From positions 1 through 64,000 of the forward strand of contig LVLI01000338.1 in NCBI GenBank assembly GCA_001687465.1: DNA of 64,000 bases, written 5' to 3'. The translations under genes were made by a program, and so were the position numbers. The notes beneath the pieces are model-generated. The model saw only the letters and a program-made list of their open reading frames with translations, was not told where the DNA came from and searched no databases. Origin of the DNA: Halocafeteria seosinensis. Its lineage: Eukaryota. This document shows, one piece after another, positions 32,488 to 45,960 of the stretch (positions are counted from its first letter, which is position 1; the number at the start of each line of letters is the position of its first letter).

Positions 32488-35400
32488 TTATTGTTCTTGA
32501 AATGTTACGGACTTACGGCGACCTTGAGCAGGTTGATCACCGCTTTCTGCAGAGGCAGACGCAGGCTGCTGGGTAGCAGCAGCAGCAGTGGACGCATGCT
32601 GTCTTGGATAGATACCAGTCTGAGATGGATCGCCCTCTTCACTAGAATCGTATATCCCTTCACAATACTTGACCATAGAAGTAATATCACTAGGTCTAGC
32701 GTGTGGGAACACGACAGTGAGAAGTTCATCCAAGCGAATAAAACCATCGGCGTCGCTATCGATGCTATCGAACATCGTGGCAGCAAGGCGGCCAATACTA
32801 CTCTTATCCCAAGCCTTACTTTGAACAAACTCTCTAACATCAATCTTGCCATCCCTATCTGAGTCATGTAAGTCAAAGAGGGCCTTAACAGATAACACAT
32901 CAGCAGCAGACGCGGCGCCAAAACGGTATCGCGGCAATCGTCCTTTAATAGCACTTTGGAGCCGAGGCGAGTATTGCTCTACTGCTGTCTCATACAACGC
33001 ACCGCCAATTTCATCAAGCCCGACTCGTTGTTTACTACCCCAGTCACTAGTGCTAGTACCGCGGACTTGAGCAGGAGGTTTGGCAGGCGAACCTGACCCA
33101 CCAAATTTCGGGAAGCGCAGTTTTTGTGCTGGACCGTGCAACTCCAAAGACGGTAGCTTCGATGAATACGGGTCCCACTCGTCAGATAGCTCCCTTGATC
33201 GCTCTGCAGGTTCGGCGACAGACTCTTCGGCAGATGTCTTCTTCTGACGTTGCATGTGTTGCTGGCGCTTTCGTTGTTTTGCTTGTGTGATATGAGTAAT
33301 GGCGGGAATCCCAAGGTCATTGGTCGATTGTACGTTCTTGCTTTTGGTCGATTTCGACGGAGATGACCGCCCTTCTGAAGTGGAGGAGCGATAGATAACC
33401 GGTGTCCATTTGTTAAACAATTGCACTAGCTTCGGAATGCGTTTCTTGGTCGCTTCGGTGAGGTTCCCTTCTTCGTCGAATAGGTATGTGGGTGAATCCC
33501 CACTTGCTGGGGTTTCAGAAGCAGAATAGTTTTCTGGATCTCGAAGGTATTCGCTACTAACGCTTTGATACCTGGAATGATAAAGACCAAGAGCCTTGTG
33601 ATAATTAGACAGGAAACGCTGCCGCTTCTCCTCACTCTCTTGCTCGGACAATGCGCCGACGGACGCAGACTTTGCCACACTCTGACGGAATCTCTGCCGT
33701 TCTCCTTTAGCCACTTTGACGGCTTCCCTCTTAGCATTTTCTTGGCGTTCCTTTTCACACACCTCCAAATAGCGCACCGCATCACTAACGCTTTGTTCCA
33801 AGGAGTCGGCAGCACTACTTATCTGCTGAACCGTACCAAGAACACGTTCAGAGAACAGGTGGTTTACCAACCGGGACATTACGGGGTCGGTTTGGACGTC
33901 TGAAAAGAGTCCTTTCATCTTTGAATCGCTGATTCCGCTTTGCTGAGCATTCGAAGATCCAGATCCACGTGAGCCTTCACGAGCGCTTTTCTCTTCGTCG
34001 TCGCCAGTGGTCCTTCCGAAAAGCGGGCTTTGTTCTCCACTTTTCTGTAAATGCTGCTCCGACAGTTGATCAGTGAGACGCATAGCACGACGGACAAGCG
34101 ACGACTTGCTGCCTCCGGTCTGTCGACTCTTCATGGTGGAGCGGAAATCACCGCTTCCTCGAGTACGCATTATTGAAGAGGTTGTAAATTGACGAGTTTG
34201 CGGAGATGGCGAAGACGATTCCCCTCCCAGGCCTTCCTCATATTCACTTGTTTCGAAGAAAGGAGCTGAAGATATCCTGGAGAGTTGTTGCTTAGCAGTA
34301 GCAGCCGGTGCCTGACGATTCAGCGCTGTCTCCGACTGTGATCTATTCGTGGACCGCGAGTCTAACTTCAAACGCAGGTGCTCGTACCCTTCAAACATTC
34401 GTGAGCTTTGCCGAGAGGCGTTTTGTGAGACGTTAGCGACGTCCTTGTCATCTTGAGGAAGGTTTTTTTGAAGGAACGCCGAAGGTGTAGTGTCCACCTC
34501 CGCTCTTCGTTGCCTCGCTCGCGAATTTCTTTGCTTTTTCTGGTGCTCCTCCTCCTGGAGATGGGAATACTTCTTGACAAGCGGCTCTTGCCCTTGCTGT
34601 CTTAGATAGTGGTCTAGAACTTTTTCTATGCGACGATTTTGTGCTGGGTTACGCGCAGCAGTTGAATTAAACAAGTCATTTTCTCCCGTGTCGATATCTT
34701 CAGCATTTATGGGTTGGTCATCATCCTCGCGGCGCTCCCGAGAATCCACAGAAGTGTCAATAGCACTAGCCACAGAATCTTCGGAATTGTGTTGGGAATC
34801 ATCATCCTCCTCGTCCTCCGAATCCTCACCTTCCTCAATGGCCTTCTGACGGGCCGACGCAGACCTTCTTCGCGAGGTGGTGCGCCTACTGGATCGCCTC
34901 GTTGACTTGGTGTCATGATTTTGACCATTTTGATGGGCATCGATCAGTTCATTTACTTCTCTTTGCAGTCTCTTGCGAGCTTGCGTCAATGCTAACTGCC
35001 GATCATTTTCTGACATCTGACCAGTGAGACCCTCGTTAGCAGCAGCTTCTTCCAAGGTTTCGTGAAACGATTTAAGTTGTCCCATGATACCGGCATTGTT
35101 ACCTTGTCCCAAGAGACTAGCCTCATAGATAGCATCCATCAGTTCACCAAAACCATGAGGAAGACTTGCCACTGTGGGAAAATCCTCATGCGTTGGCAAA
35201 GTATCGCGGACTTCAGGATACTTCCGCAGCAGTTGCATGGCCTGCTGAATATCCCCCGCTACCACACACTTCTTTACGTCCTCTACCACAGCGTCTAATG
35301 CGCGGCCACTTTCGACAGAGGATGCACTTTGAATGCTACTCCGCCGTGCAGTCGTAGGTTTGGTAGCGGTTTCTTCTTGGGATACTCTGCTTCCACGCCT

Positions 35401-38400
35401 GTCCCCTCCCCGTTTGGCCGGCGCTTGAGTACGCTGGGCCTGGTATTGGGTAAACATTTCCTCTCGATTAAAGTGTACCCCGCGTAAGCCCCCAAATTCC
35501 CGCAGAGATTTTCGGTTCGCTTCAATTTTTCCAGATACCGAGGATGCCAATTTGGTAATTAGAGTTCGGCGCCGTTTTGGATCGGAAAGCTCCTTCTTGG
35601 TGGGTGGCTGTATGCGTGAAGGTTCTGAAGAGCTACCGTGGTCACCTGGAGCGTACATCTCTCCTGTTCCAGCTCCCGTGCGTCTCAGCTCATCCACCAT
35701 TTCTAACTCCCGAGATTGTTCCTCCGCTTCTATTTGGCTTTCAAGTTTAAAATCCGCTTGGTAGCGCTCGTAGAGTTGGCCAACTCTTTCCAGCATCATT
35801 TTCGTGTAGTTAATTTTTGTGTCAATCAGCTTCCTTTCGTCAGGGAAAAACCTCCACGGAACGGGTGTGGAGTTATCTTTCTTTCCAGCCTCATCGACTT
35901 TTCTGGCTAGCACACCCAACAGCTCTCCCTGTGGAAACGAACAGAACGAGCGTTAAAATTAATGCACTATATGTAGAATTAAAAGCGAGACAATACACAC
36001 CGTGACAGACCAAATCCGAACAGTGTGATCCGAAGAGAAGGTCAACACTGCCGGCGGAGTATCAATTTGCTCAAATCCTAGGATACTATCGTTTCCAGTT
36101 CGCCATTGTGCTAGGATCGGGACGTCCTTTGTAGATTCCATTGCCATCGGATGTAGTTGAGGGATCGAATCTAAAGAGCCTCGCCGGCCTGAGCCTCGTT
36201 GTTCCGTATTCTCTCTGTGGTCGCCAACCCGTTGTGTACTATGGCTTCTGACAGACGATTTACGCCGCTCTTCCTGATGACTACTTCGTTTAAGAGTACT
36301 CTGGCTTGCGGACGATGATTTGCGTCTCCCTTGCTTGCTCTCTTTCCGCGGAGGCGGGGCTTCATACAAAAAGAAGCTATCTCTTCGTTCGCCATCGTCC
36401 ATGTTAGCGAAGACTTCACGAAACGCGGGTAACGTCGCTGCGCGTTCCATGGCAAGGGCAAGGGCACTTTGCAAATCCCATACTTTGATCTTTCCGAGTC
36501 CATCCGAGACAAGAAGGACCCAAATGAGCTGTTCGTCGGTTTCACCAGCGCTGGTCTTCCCTGCACTCAAATCATAACCCCTCACGCGGACTTGATGAAG
36601 TCGAATTCCAGTGATTGGTGCACCGCTGGGCACAGAGTCAGGCTCAAAGCCCAGAGGCATTGTACTCGCCCGCCGGGCGCTCATCTTAATGGCGGAGCGG
36701 CGATGCTTCTTCCGAGATTTGTACATAAAGAAGCCACCTTCGTGTGGACAACGAGAATTAGCAGCCAAAAATTTGACAGTATTACTCTCTGGATCCCATG
36801 AGGTGGCGGGGACAGAATCAAAATATTGGACGGCTTTCTCCGCAGGATCTTCGATTACCTTTTCCGTACTCTGCTGTAACGCGGCTTTTGCCTGTTCCGG
36901 GGCTTGATTTTCAGCGTTTTCTTCACTGCGGCCTTCCTTCTTTTGCATTGAGGCTGTGGACTTCTCGCTTTCTTCACTCTTTTGTTTCTGGTACTCATCC
37001 AATGCAACCTGCTCGCAATGTTCGAGAGCGACACTTCTAGAGACGGGCTGGATGAGACCCCGCTTTTCATAATCTGAATTGATCAGCGTCACCAGAGGCT
37101 GCCGAATAACATCCATCGCATCAGCCCGAAGAGCCCAAATACAGAGCATTCCGTTGCTGTCGGCAGATATTAGCAATCGTTGACCAGGGATGAATTCCAA
37201 CGCGCTGATATCGGCATAATGACCGCTACAGACCCCCTCAAGGGTAAGAGCCCGGTAATGCCACACGTGGATGTCGCCTTGATTACTTCCTGTGACTACA
37301 GCTTCCAATTCACACGAAACTGCACAAGCGCTGATTGCATCATCATGAGCATCGTTTACCTCCTTGATTTTTGCAAAACTGTTAGTGTCAGAGTCATCCA
37401 GCAAGAGAAGCGTCCGGTCACAGCGAACGACTACGATACTGCGGTTATCATCAATATAGCGGATGGCAACTAGCTCCCTAACATGCGCAGTACTGTTCTT
37501 TCCCCAGCAATCATAGGTTTTCATCAAGACACCCGTCCTAGCGTTAGCGACGCTAACATGCCCACATTGGGATCCAAGTATAAGCTTCTTGTATTGTCCA
37601 TCAAACACAGCGCAGGTGATATCTGATGGTGCCAGATCATACCAAGTGCTCAACTGCTCACCCAAATATGAATGAATCCGTATGTTCTTGTTCACCACCG
37701 CGTAGAAGTTCATTGTCGTCGGATTCCATAGCACTTGGCTTACAATAAGTTTACTGGCTTCCGTAAGGACAGGTCGGAGACGATGTATTCGCTCGGCCCC
37801 GACGGTTACATTACCACTCACAGAGGATGCTTCCATAGTAGTAGGGGTATACTTGACAAGCTGATTGTCGCGAGTATACTGTTGTTGATGTTCACGAGGG
37901 ATCGAAGTCTTTAGTGTTAGTGTGGCAGTTGAGCCGACACCTTTGGATTCTCGGGCTCCGGAGCTGGTGGTTCCTCCTACACTTGCAGACGCCAAAGCTG
38001 GACTTCGGGTATCCAATGTTAACAGGCAGGTTGCGATGCCGGATTGCTTGTTGGTAATATCCCAAACTTTAACGACTCCAATCTGATCGATTGTCACACA
38101 ACGTGGAGGAGTATTCTTTAGTTCTTCGATATCGGAAATTCCAGAGGCCACGACGGACGGATCAGTTGAGGGTTCACTACCGTGAATCATCTTTCCACGG
38201 GAATCGTAAAGTTTTCGTCGAACAAGCTGCTGCGTTGTTACTACGCCTTCACCTTCCGTCTTTTTTTTCTCCGACGGAGGAGAGGAGTCTTCGCCAGATT
38301 CCTCTTCACTGGAAGACTTTTTCTTCGGCTCACGGGTTGTCTTCGCTTGTTGCATATGCTGCGCAGGTAGCATACAAAGATCAATGATAGGAGCACTATG

Positions 38401-40086
38401 CCCAGACATTCTCATAGCCAGATTGCCATGTTCTAAGTCCCATCCGAGCACCTCTGTATCATATCCTGAGGAGAAAAGCAAGCCAGCCTGAGGCACCCAG
38501 ACGATACGTTGGATGCTTCGTTTGTGGCCGGTCATATTCTTTACTAACCGCAGTACATGAGCAGAATCCGTATCCGTATCAACAGCCCGACGATTCGGCG
38601 CTCCTCCAGTTTTTCCCTCGTCAGAATCTTTCTGTTGCATACGTGCTCTTGCTTGCTGTCTCCTTGAATGACCACTTTCGCCTTCAATGGAGGGATGATG
38701 GATACTGCTCATCCCGATCGTCCGATCCAGCGATGAGGAGACCAGAAGCCGGTGAGGCTGAGGCCAAGGAGTTCCACCCCGCATTGAAGGGACGACACAT
38801 TGTAGACAGGTGATCCCATCCGTGTGACACTCATGACGATTGATTAGTACTTTCGAAGTCAGATCAAATACCCAAATGCTTGTATCCGTAGAGGAAGCGG
38901 CAAATAATAGATCCGCTGTAGTGGCCATACAAGTGATAATGCCGCGGGTGTGTAAGGATTCCACATATGTCAGATCACTCATAATACTTGAGAGACCATT
39001 TCGAGAGTCCGACCCATCTCCCAATGAAAGCAGCGACCGCTCCACTCTTTGTGCGATCTGAGTTGCCAGTGTTGCGGGAGGTCGCCAAAGAGAGATCCGA
39101 TTGTTGGACTGTGATACAGCAACTAATTTATGCTGAGGTATGTATATGACTCCCGTGACCGTTGGGACACTACCCATTTGTTGCAGTCGTGCCTTGTATA
39201 GAAACTCTTCCTGAGCGTCAATACTTCCCACTTCATCGCCCTCTCCAGAGTTCTTNCCCCTGCTCTTGTCGGTCCCGCCACTTGAACCTTTATTCGGACG
39301 AACTAGCGATTGATCTCCAGCAGAGCCAACATGCGATAGGACGTCCAATTCGCCAATCAACTGGAAAGTGTTAGGGTTTATCGCCTTGATCTGGGAACAT
39401 TCACTTTCAATGCTCCAAAGTTCATCAAAGTAGCTCATGTAATTCAAAGAGCGAACGAAATTATGACGTATAGCAGAGTCGTCAAAATCGGCGTCATACT
39501 CCAATTTCTGTAAGAGCGGGGACGCTTCAGTTTTGATAGCTTGTCCTCCGGCGTCGATACAATATGTTGTAAATTCGTCCCACTGCAGTACGCCATCGCC
39601 GTTCATATCAATTTCGGCAAACAAATCGACCAGGGAGATGGAAATATCAATTGTTTTCTTGGGCCAGGAGCCGGACGGTCGCTCTTTGTTTTTCACCATT
39701 TCATGAAGTGTTTTAAAGTTACATCCGGTGGCTTCCTCGGGGAGCACTTTGAGCATGACAAAGATAAACTGTGCCATGCTCAGTCCAGGCTCTTCATCCT
39801 TGTTCCCGCCCTCCTCGTAGTCACCACCGGAAGGGGGTGACTGGGAACTGCTCCTATTCATGTTATGAGAATTGGTACGAGCTGCGTGGATATGTGTCCG
39901 TTGACCAGGAAGTTCTAACGGCGGCACGGGGTCGCTCAGGTCCGATAAGCTCGCATAATAGCTGAACTCATTCTGAAGCGTCGTGAGCGCTTCCGTGCTC
40001 TTGAGAAGCATTATCATCTGCGAATGGCGCATTATAAAACAGTGAAAAGGAATGAAATAGCTGCCAAACAGTGAGCTTACCTCCAT
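32488..40086 (-). CDS. EF-hand plus WD40-repeat protein (WDR49/WDR64/EFCAB8-like architecture), ~2490 aa; exons 40086-40081, 40017-36001, 35928-32488
   Basis: N-terminal EF-hand LFAEIDMNGDGVLQWDEF and WD repeats (GHKRSIQRI..YDTEVLGWD, GHYADISAL..LCIW). Splicing restores VRIWSVT|GELLGVL. C-terminal EF-hand pair DSDRDGKIDVREF / DSDADGFIRLDEL. One ambiguous base (n) near 39257. Confidence 0.85.
35929..36000 (-). other. 72-nt GT-AG intron (phase 0)
   Basis: gtgtgt...ttttaac...tttccacag joins ORFs 35959-40086 and 32488-35919 in frame and removes a stop. Confidence 0.9.
40018..40080 (-). other. Probable 63-nt stop-free 3n intron after ATG GAG
   Basis: ATGGAG|gtaagc...cattcgcag|ATG; canonical donor and a T-rich interior. 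Confidence 0.7.
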
Positions 40087-42487
40087 TTTTCTCCCTCCTT
40101 ATTTTCCTTTTCCTCGAATGCTGGCCACTAGCTAACGACGCCACAAAGTGCGCCTTTGAATGGACTCTCCGAAAATGGCCTTGGGGTGTGTATAGCGTCC
40201 GAAATGGGCTCAGAAATGGGAGAGGAAGCGAAAACCAGCCAGACCGTTTAGAAGCGCGTTGCGACTTTTTCACACACAGCCTCCACTAATGCATTCTGTA
40301 TCCCCATCAATGCATTGCCCTCTTCCATCAGTCTAATATAAGTCAACCTTGACAATGGCGATGAAAACTCAATTTTAGACCTCCCTCCATTGAATGAATT
40401 CCTTGCGACCGACCGAGGAAGTCGCAAAAAATCTGCATGGAATGTGAAATTCTCCACTGGGAGTGTCATTGTGCCTATCTTGTTGCACATAGCAAGATCT
40501 GGGGATGAGTTCAACGGTTGTTAGGAAGCGCAAACAAAATGGGCGAGTGGGAAGAATTCGACGGAAATCCCGCTTATTGACACCGAAAGTAGAGTTGGTT
40601 GTAAAGGTGGGTGTACCATGTTCAGATGTCGCCGTTGCCCAATTGTGCTCGGTTGAGTGACTGTGATTTGAATCGACGTAGCTTTCCCATTATGTTTTCC
40701 TCTATAATAGCAAATGAACAAACTATTGTTTACCGGTGTGCTTGCAACCGTGAAAGCTGAAGAACTAGACTATATTGTATGTCGTCTACCAGCTTTGTAC
40801 AGTTGTCAGGGATGCGGAAGCAAATCTTCTATAACGGTACCCGTATCTCCGTTGCATACACAGCAGAGCTGCTTTATAGAATAAGTTTGAAATGCATTTT
40901 GCCCTACTACTACAACGTGTGGGAGTGAGTATTAGGTCCAACTGGATTTCCAATGAGCTCAGAGTTCTGTGGAGTACAATATTCATTACCTGTATACAAT
41001 GCTGCTCAAGCTAGCGTCCTAACGAAATCTCTTTCACGTATAGTGACATAAGATACCAACAGTCGCAGGGTACATTTGATTTGCATGGTTTGTGATCTTG
41101 GCTCCGTGACTTCCTACTCAATCTACGTCGCATGCTTTGCTAGAGCAGCTGCCAAAGAAGCGGACAACAACTTTCGATCCATACACGTGGACTTTTAACT
41201 TAACTACTATGGGAAGCTGATGAGATGCATTTTAAGGCTGACGCACTCGATGAATCGCAGGAGTAGGCATACACTACCACTGTACAGTAGACCTCTGTCC
41301 GTTGTACTGTACAAGTTGTACAGGTATATGTGGTACCTTACCCTGTACCGTGTTGTCATTGATCGATAGTAACTCATTATAAACAAGCAAAATGCTATTC
41401 AATTGACATACTGCGATTCCATTTGCGACGGCGCTGGATTGCAAACCGCCAATCAAAGCAACGGACGTGCTCGTACTCTCAGTGCGTGAACTCAGTAAGC
41501 TGCAACCCGAAGGGAAAGTATATAAAACAAGGACATAGTGGTGGCGCGAAAACAAGTAACAAACTATCGATTCAAAGAGTACGCAATGTGTCGATACCGC
41601 CACTCCGCGTGTCGCAATCTTCAGGAAAATGTGTTTGTCCTCTGGTTCACCTTCAGGCACTATGAAGCAACAGAACTGTCAGAAACCCCACATACCTGTG
41701 GTTTCTTTCGCATGCCGATATTGTGAGAAATGCTATACTGAACGTCGACCCTTGAGGACGAATGTTGCAGCATGTTCCAACAAGGTACAACTTGTACTGC
41801 TGAAATGCGTTCGTCCAAGTCCATATGGGAGAATCTATACCAAATACTCTTTTATGCTCACTCCAGATTAATTGCAAGTGGCATGCCAAGTACAATTGAG
41901 ATGTCGTCCCGTTTTTGTGGCTTCGTTGCTTGTGCCGTTCTTTGTGAGTCACTCGCACACTGTCCACTCTAGAGTTTGGATGTATGATCGCACTGCTTGC
42001 GATCACCTGCTGTCCATCGACAATCAGACGGCACCACGTGGAAGGTTGATTGTAACTGGCGTGTAATGCTGCTACCCAGGAACGATTCCCAGTTCTTCTA
42101 TCATAGATCACCGGTGCTAAACAGAGGGTGACAGCGTTGTAGTGCCACTGTATACCACCAGGCAAGAATTGACCGTCATTCGGTGATTTTGACCTTGTTT
42201 AGCACAAGAGTGGCTAAACGGACAAGGAATGCAAATAATTTTTCACTCTCTGCATTGCCTTGTCTGGAGAGAGTGGCAGAATAGTACCGTTGGGCTTGAG
42301 AGCCGTTGAACTTGTCTGCACCTGGTGGGCGGGTACGATCCATCCGCTCTGCTCACCAACAGAGAACACACAAATAAACGCACTTTCATACATGAACGCA
42401 ATGCGGAGAGTGGGATACACAGGTCTTGGTGGCAGTGAAAGAGACAAGACGCTTCAGGAGTCCTCTTGCTTTACTATATTGCATTAG

Positions 42488-45400
42488 TTGAGACTACCCC
42501 GGCGAACAGAAGCATTCCGAGAACGGTTAAAGCGGACGAAATCTAGTAGCCCCACAACGATCTCAGTTTCCATCCTGTTGATACGCACAATACAGCTAAG
42601 CGTTTCTATCATGAAGCTGAGCATTGCTTACTGGGCACCTGCGGAGACTCACAAGGGGAACGAATCCCACCATGTACCACCGACAGGATACAAGAGGAGG
42701 AAACCGGATACAGTTCATTCCGGTATGACGGATTTGGGGCGAGTCGTCATAAGTATTAGTTTGTTTACCGTGCTTGTCAAGGAGGCAGCGGGAGCGAATG
42801 TTGACTTGCGAGCCAATATCCAAGAGGGGAAGGAGCCTTGTTTTCAGTATTTCCCCAATAAGAATCTGTTTCGAATGAACTGTAGCATTCTCAATTGGGA
42901 AGAACAAGGTTACGGTGATGATACTCATATTTCACTTGAAGTGAAAGAGACATTTGATGGTGGTGGTAGCCAAGGAAACATAATTGATTTGAAAGGCATT
43001 GAAGACTTCTACGGGTTGTTTACGGTTGCGAAAGATGGAGAGAACATTGCGTCCTTGAATGAAGCTCCCTTGATCCGCCATGTTCATGTCAAGCACGGGA
43101 CAACTGCGTCCTCTGGAGGATTTGTTATTCGAAAATACCAGAAGTATTTTATCGTCGATTCATGTAGCGCTACAGGCGATATAACGGATAGTGCTGGTGG
43201 TATATGTGGTCATATGGTGGGCCACAATGAGGGGCATATCAAGATATCACATTCCTACTCAACAGGAACGATAAAGGGCAGTTTGGCAGGTGGTATCACC
43301 GGGGACGATACCGGATACGATCATGGAACTGTCAATATCACGCAATGTTACTCCACTGGAACTATTAAAGGGGGCAAATCAGGTGGTACATGTGGACGGG
43401 ATGCCGCTCGTGCTCACGGTCATGTGTATATCACACAGTCATATTCGACGGGAAATATTATTGGGAGCCACAGCGGTGGTATTGTCGGAGATGATGTAGC
43501 ACACGAGTATGGGGACTTACATATTATCGATTGTTATACCCGAGGAAATATTCGTGGTTCCTTGGCCGGAGGAATCACTGGGGAAAGCGCTGGGGGCTAC
43601 AACGATGTTCAGGAAGCTACAGGTGATATATACATTATTAACACGTATGCGTCTGGTGCAGTGAATAGAGACGATGCTGGTGGGCTCATTGGTGATATCG
43701 ACGGATCAACACGTGGTGTTATCAAAGTGCACTATTCGGTATACAATGATAGAGGTGGTGCGGGCCAAATCGTTGGAAGAAACCAGGGGAATGTTCTCGA
43801 AACGGTAGGCATTTCAGGCAATTTAGATGATATAAGAGGTCAACTCTATCATCACGGAGGGGTCCAGCAGTGGGACAATGAGGCATGGGCTGTCAATGGA
43901 CGTGATGCTCTGCCCATTCTTCGTTTCCAGCTAGTGGATCCAACCCCAACCCCAAGTCCATCGACGACTTCCGCGGCAACCCCCACTCCATCTACAACAC
44001 CGTCAAAGACGTCTACTCTCTCAAGTTCTCCCTCTAGATCAGTTACGCCGACACCATCTTTCAGCCCCACCACAAGTGCTTCAAGCTCGAAAACCCCATC
44101 GGCTAGTGTTTCGCCCTCCCAGACTCCTACATCAACAGCAACGCCGAGCCCTACGGCTTCTTTATCGACTACGCCTTCTAGTTCCAGTTCTCGAACGGAA
44201 ACGAGGACGTCTTCTGTCAGTGGAAGTTCTACCGCTTCCACTTCGACGACTGGTACACCTTCTGGGTCAACGTCTATGACGCCGAGTTGGACCCCGACTC
44301 GCAGCCCCCCGAGTTTATGTTCTTGTACAAGCACTCCCTCGTCCTCAAGCTCAGAAACCGTTACCTTGACTTTGACTCCGTGCCCAACAAGATCCACCGC
44401 GCTGACACCAAGCACGCCCACTTCTCCGACAACTAGTGCAAGCCGCAGTTCCATACACCCACTGCCGAAAACCCAGGATGGGAAATCCGCTAATGCAGGC
44501 CCTGTAATGCCAGGAGTGGCCCAATGGGCTGTGATTTCCGCCGTGAGCGTGATTATTTCTATGGCTGTGGCATTCATTCTCTACCGGCGATCAAGAAATC
44601 GCAATATGTCCAAGTTTACCGACGATCCGAAAAAAGTGTATGCTGCCCAGTTAGGTATACCCTCGAAAAATGTCAAAGTGATGTTTCCTGACAGAGATGG
44701 AAACGCTGCATTCCATATTCACTCTCTGAGTGTTGATGATGAAAATATGGAACTCGCTCATGTCAACCCCCTGAACTTACCGACAAATCGTGGGGAGTCT
44801 TCTTCAGGCCAATCCAATCCGTCATCCGTAAATACTCGACCGTCTCAAACCCAGTTCTCCTATCAGTCCCACACCGTGGCTCCAACGGTAAATAGTGGTG
44901 AAGCACCTGTGACGGTGGCCAATGGAGCAAAAACATTGGGGAGGGCTTCAGTGGAGCCTCCCCAAATAGTCTTTGTGGAACCTCGCGGTCAATCACTGAG
45001 CTCACACAGAGTTCGCATCGTTTCTTCCGCTGCGCCGAGTATTCAGCGTGTCCATAGAACAAGATCTCGAGGCGAATCGTGTCAAGTAAAGGTTGCTTCC
45101 ATAGTTGACCTTGACACCACGTCCATGAAGCGAATAGAACGTCTTAGACTGCGGTTGAGGCAATGGAAGTCAAAGGTGCTTGCTGAGCCTCCGCCTCTTG
45201 TCGAACTGGAAGTAGACAGTGTATCCTCTGAAACGAACAGCGGGGAGCTGTCCAGTAACGCTGCTGCCAGTTCTGACTCCGGTAGTGGTATCGCTCAATT
45301 GAAGTTTGCAAAACCTGATGTCCATGCCGCACGAAACACCCTTTCCGAAGAGACAAAGAACGACCGTTGCCGGCAACCTAGGATTGGTTCGATTGGTAAG

Positions 45401-45505
45401 AAAGAATTTACTCCAGTGCCTTCTCAAACCTCGCGTTCCTCGGCGAGGAGTGGTTTTACATCTGTCAAGCAGAAGGCTGCTGGCTCGCGCCGAGGAAAGA
45501 CGTGA
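42488..45505 (+). CDS. Family member E: one GLUG-like module, stalk, TM, conserved tail (start uncertain: ATG 42611 or 42725)
   Basis: VVISISLFTVLVKEAAGA|NVDLRANIQEGKEPCF, ETFDGGGSQGNIIDL and GGIxG repeats. TM WAVISAVSVIISMAVAFILY-RR. Tail VYAAQLGIP, HVNPL, RLRLRQWKSKVLAEPPPLVELEV, KKEFTP. Confidence 0.9.
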   Translation: MRLPRRTEAFRERLKRTKSSSPTTISVSILLIRTIQLSVSIMKLSIAYWAPAETHKGNESHHVPPTGYKRRKPDTVHSGMTDLGRVVISISLFTVLVKEAAGANVDLRANIQEGKEPCFQYFPNKNLFRMNCSILNWEEQGYGDDTHISLEVKETFDGGGSQGNIIDLKGIEDFYGLFTVAKDGENIASLNEAPLIRHVHVKHGTTASSGGFVIRKYQKYFIVDSCSATGDITDSAGGICGHMVGHNEGHIKISHSYSTGTIKGSLAGGITGDDTGYDHGTVNITQCYSTGTIKGGKSGGTCGRDAARAHGHVYITQSYSTGNIIGSHSGGIVGDDVAHEYGDLHIIDCYTRGNIRGSLAGGITGESAGGYNDVQEATGDIYIINTYASGAVNRDDAGGLIGDIDGSTRGVIKVHYSVYNDRGGAGQIVGRNQGNVLETVGISGNLDDIRGQLYHHGGVQQWDNEAWAVNGRDALPILRFQLVDPTPTPSPSTTSAATPTPSTTPSKTSTLSSSPSRSVTPTPSFSPTTSASSSKTPSASVSPSQTPTSTATPSPTASLSTTPSSSSSRTETRTSSVSGSSTASTSTTGTPSGSTSMTPSWTPTRSPPSLCSCTSTPSSSSSETVTLTLTPCPTRSTALTPSTPTSPTTSASRSSIHPLPKTQDGKSANAGPVMPGVAQWAVISAVSVIISMAVAFILYRRSRNRNMSKFTDDPKKVYAAQLGIPSKNVKVMFPDRDGNAAFHIHSLSVDDENMELAHVNPLNLPTNRGESSSGQSNPSSVNTRPSQTQFSYQSHTVAPTVNSGEAPVTVANGAKTLGRASVEPPQIVFVEPRGQSLSSHRVRIVSSAAPSIQRVHRTRSRGESCQVKVASIVDLDTTSMKRIERLRLRLRQWKSKVLAEPPPLVELEVDSVSSETNSGELSSNAAASSDSGSGIAQLKFAKPDVHAARNTLSEETKNDRCRQPRIGSIGKKEFTPVPSQTSRSSARSGFTSVKQKAAGSRRGKT

Positions 45506-45960
45506 AAAGGTGAGTCCCGTGGTCATGCAGGGTCTACTAGACAAGCGGATATGCTCTTACCCATTGCAGGTAGTTTTTAACACTGTTACTATTTGCTCTT
45601 CAACACACAACTCTATTTGATTACGGAGCAGCAACATCATGTTTAGTCGTTGCAACTTGCACGACGATGGTTAAGCATGTCAGCCTCGTACGTTCACGTG
45701 TACGTTGACATGCGCGTATACATATTCCTGGTTGCTAAAGGAATTGTTTGGTTCGATGCTGCTTCCTACGGACTACATGCAATACAGTAGAGATGCCTTT
45801 GGTTTCCCCCCATGATCACTGTTGCATACCTACCTTTGAGCAGCTACATGTATTTTGCTGATGAGCGTTGTACTTTGCTAAGCATGGTCGAAGTGAACAT
45901 CCAAGACTCAAGAACCGTGAGTATCCTGTAAGATCTGAAAATTGCCGAACGACGCAATGA

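Noticed and set aside
40100..42480. Many 60-170 aa ORFs and gtac-rich sequence
   Set aside because: No coherent protein, terminal repeats or transposase motifs were found.
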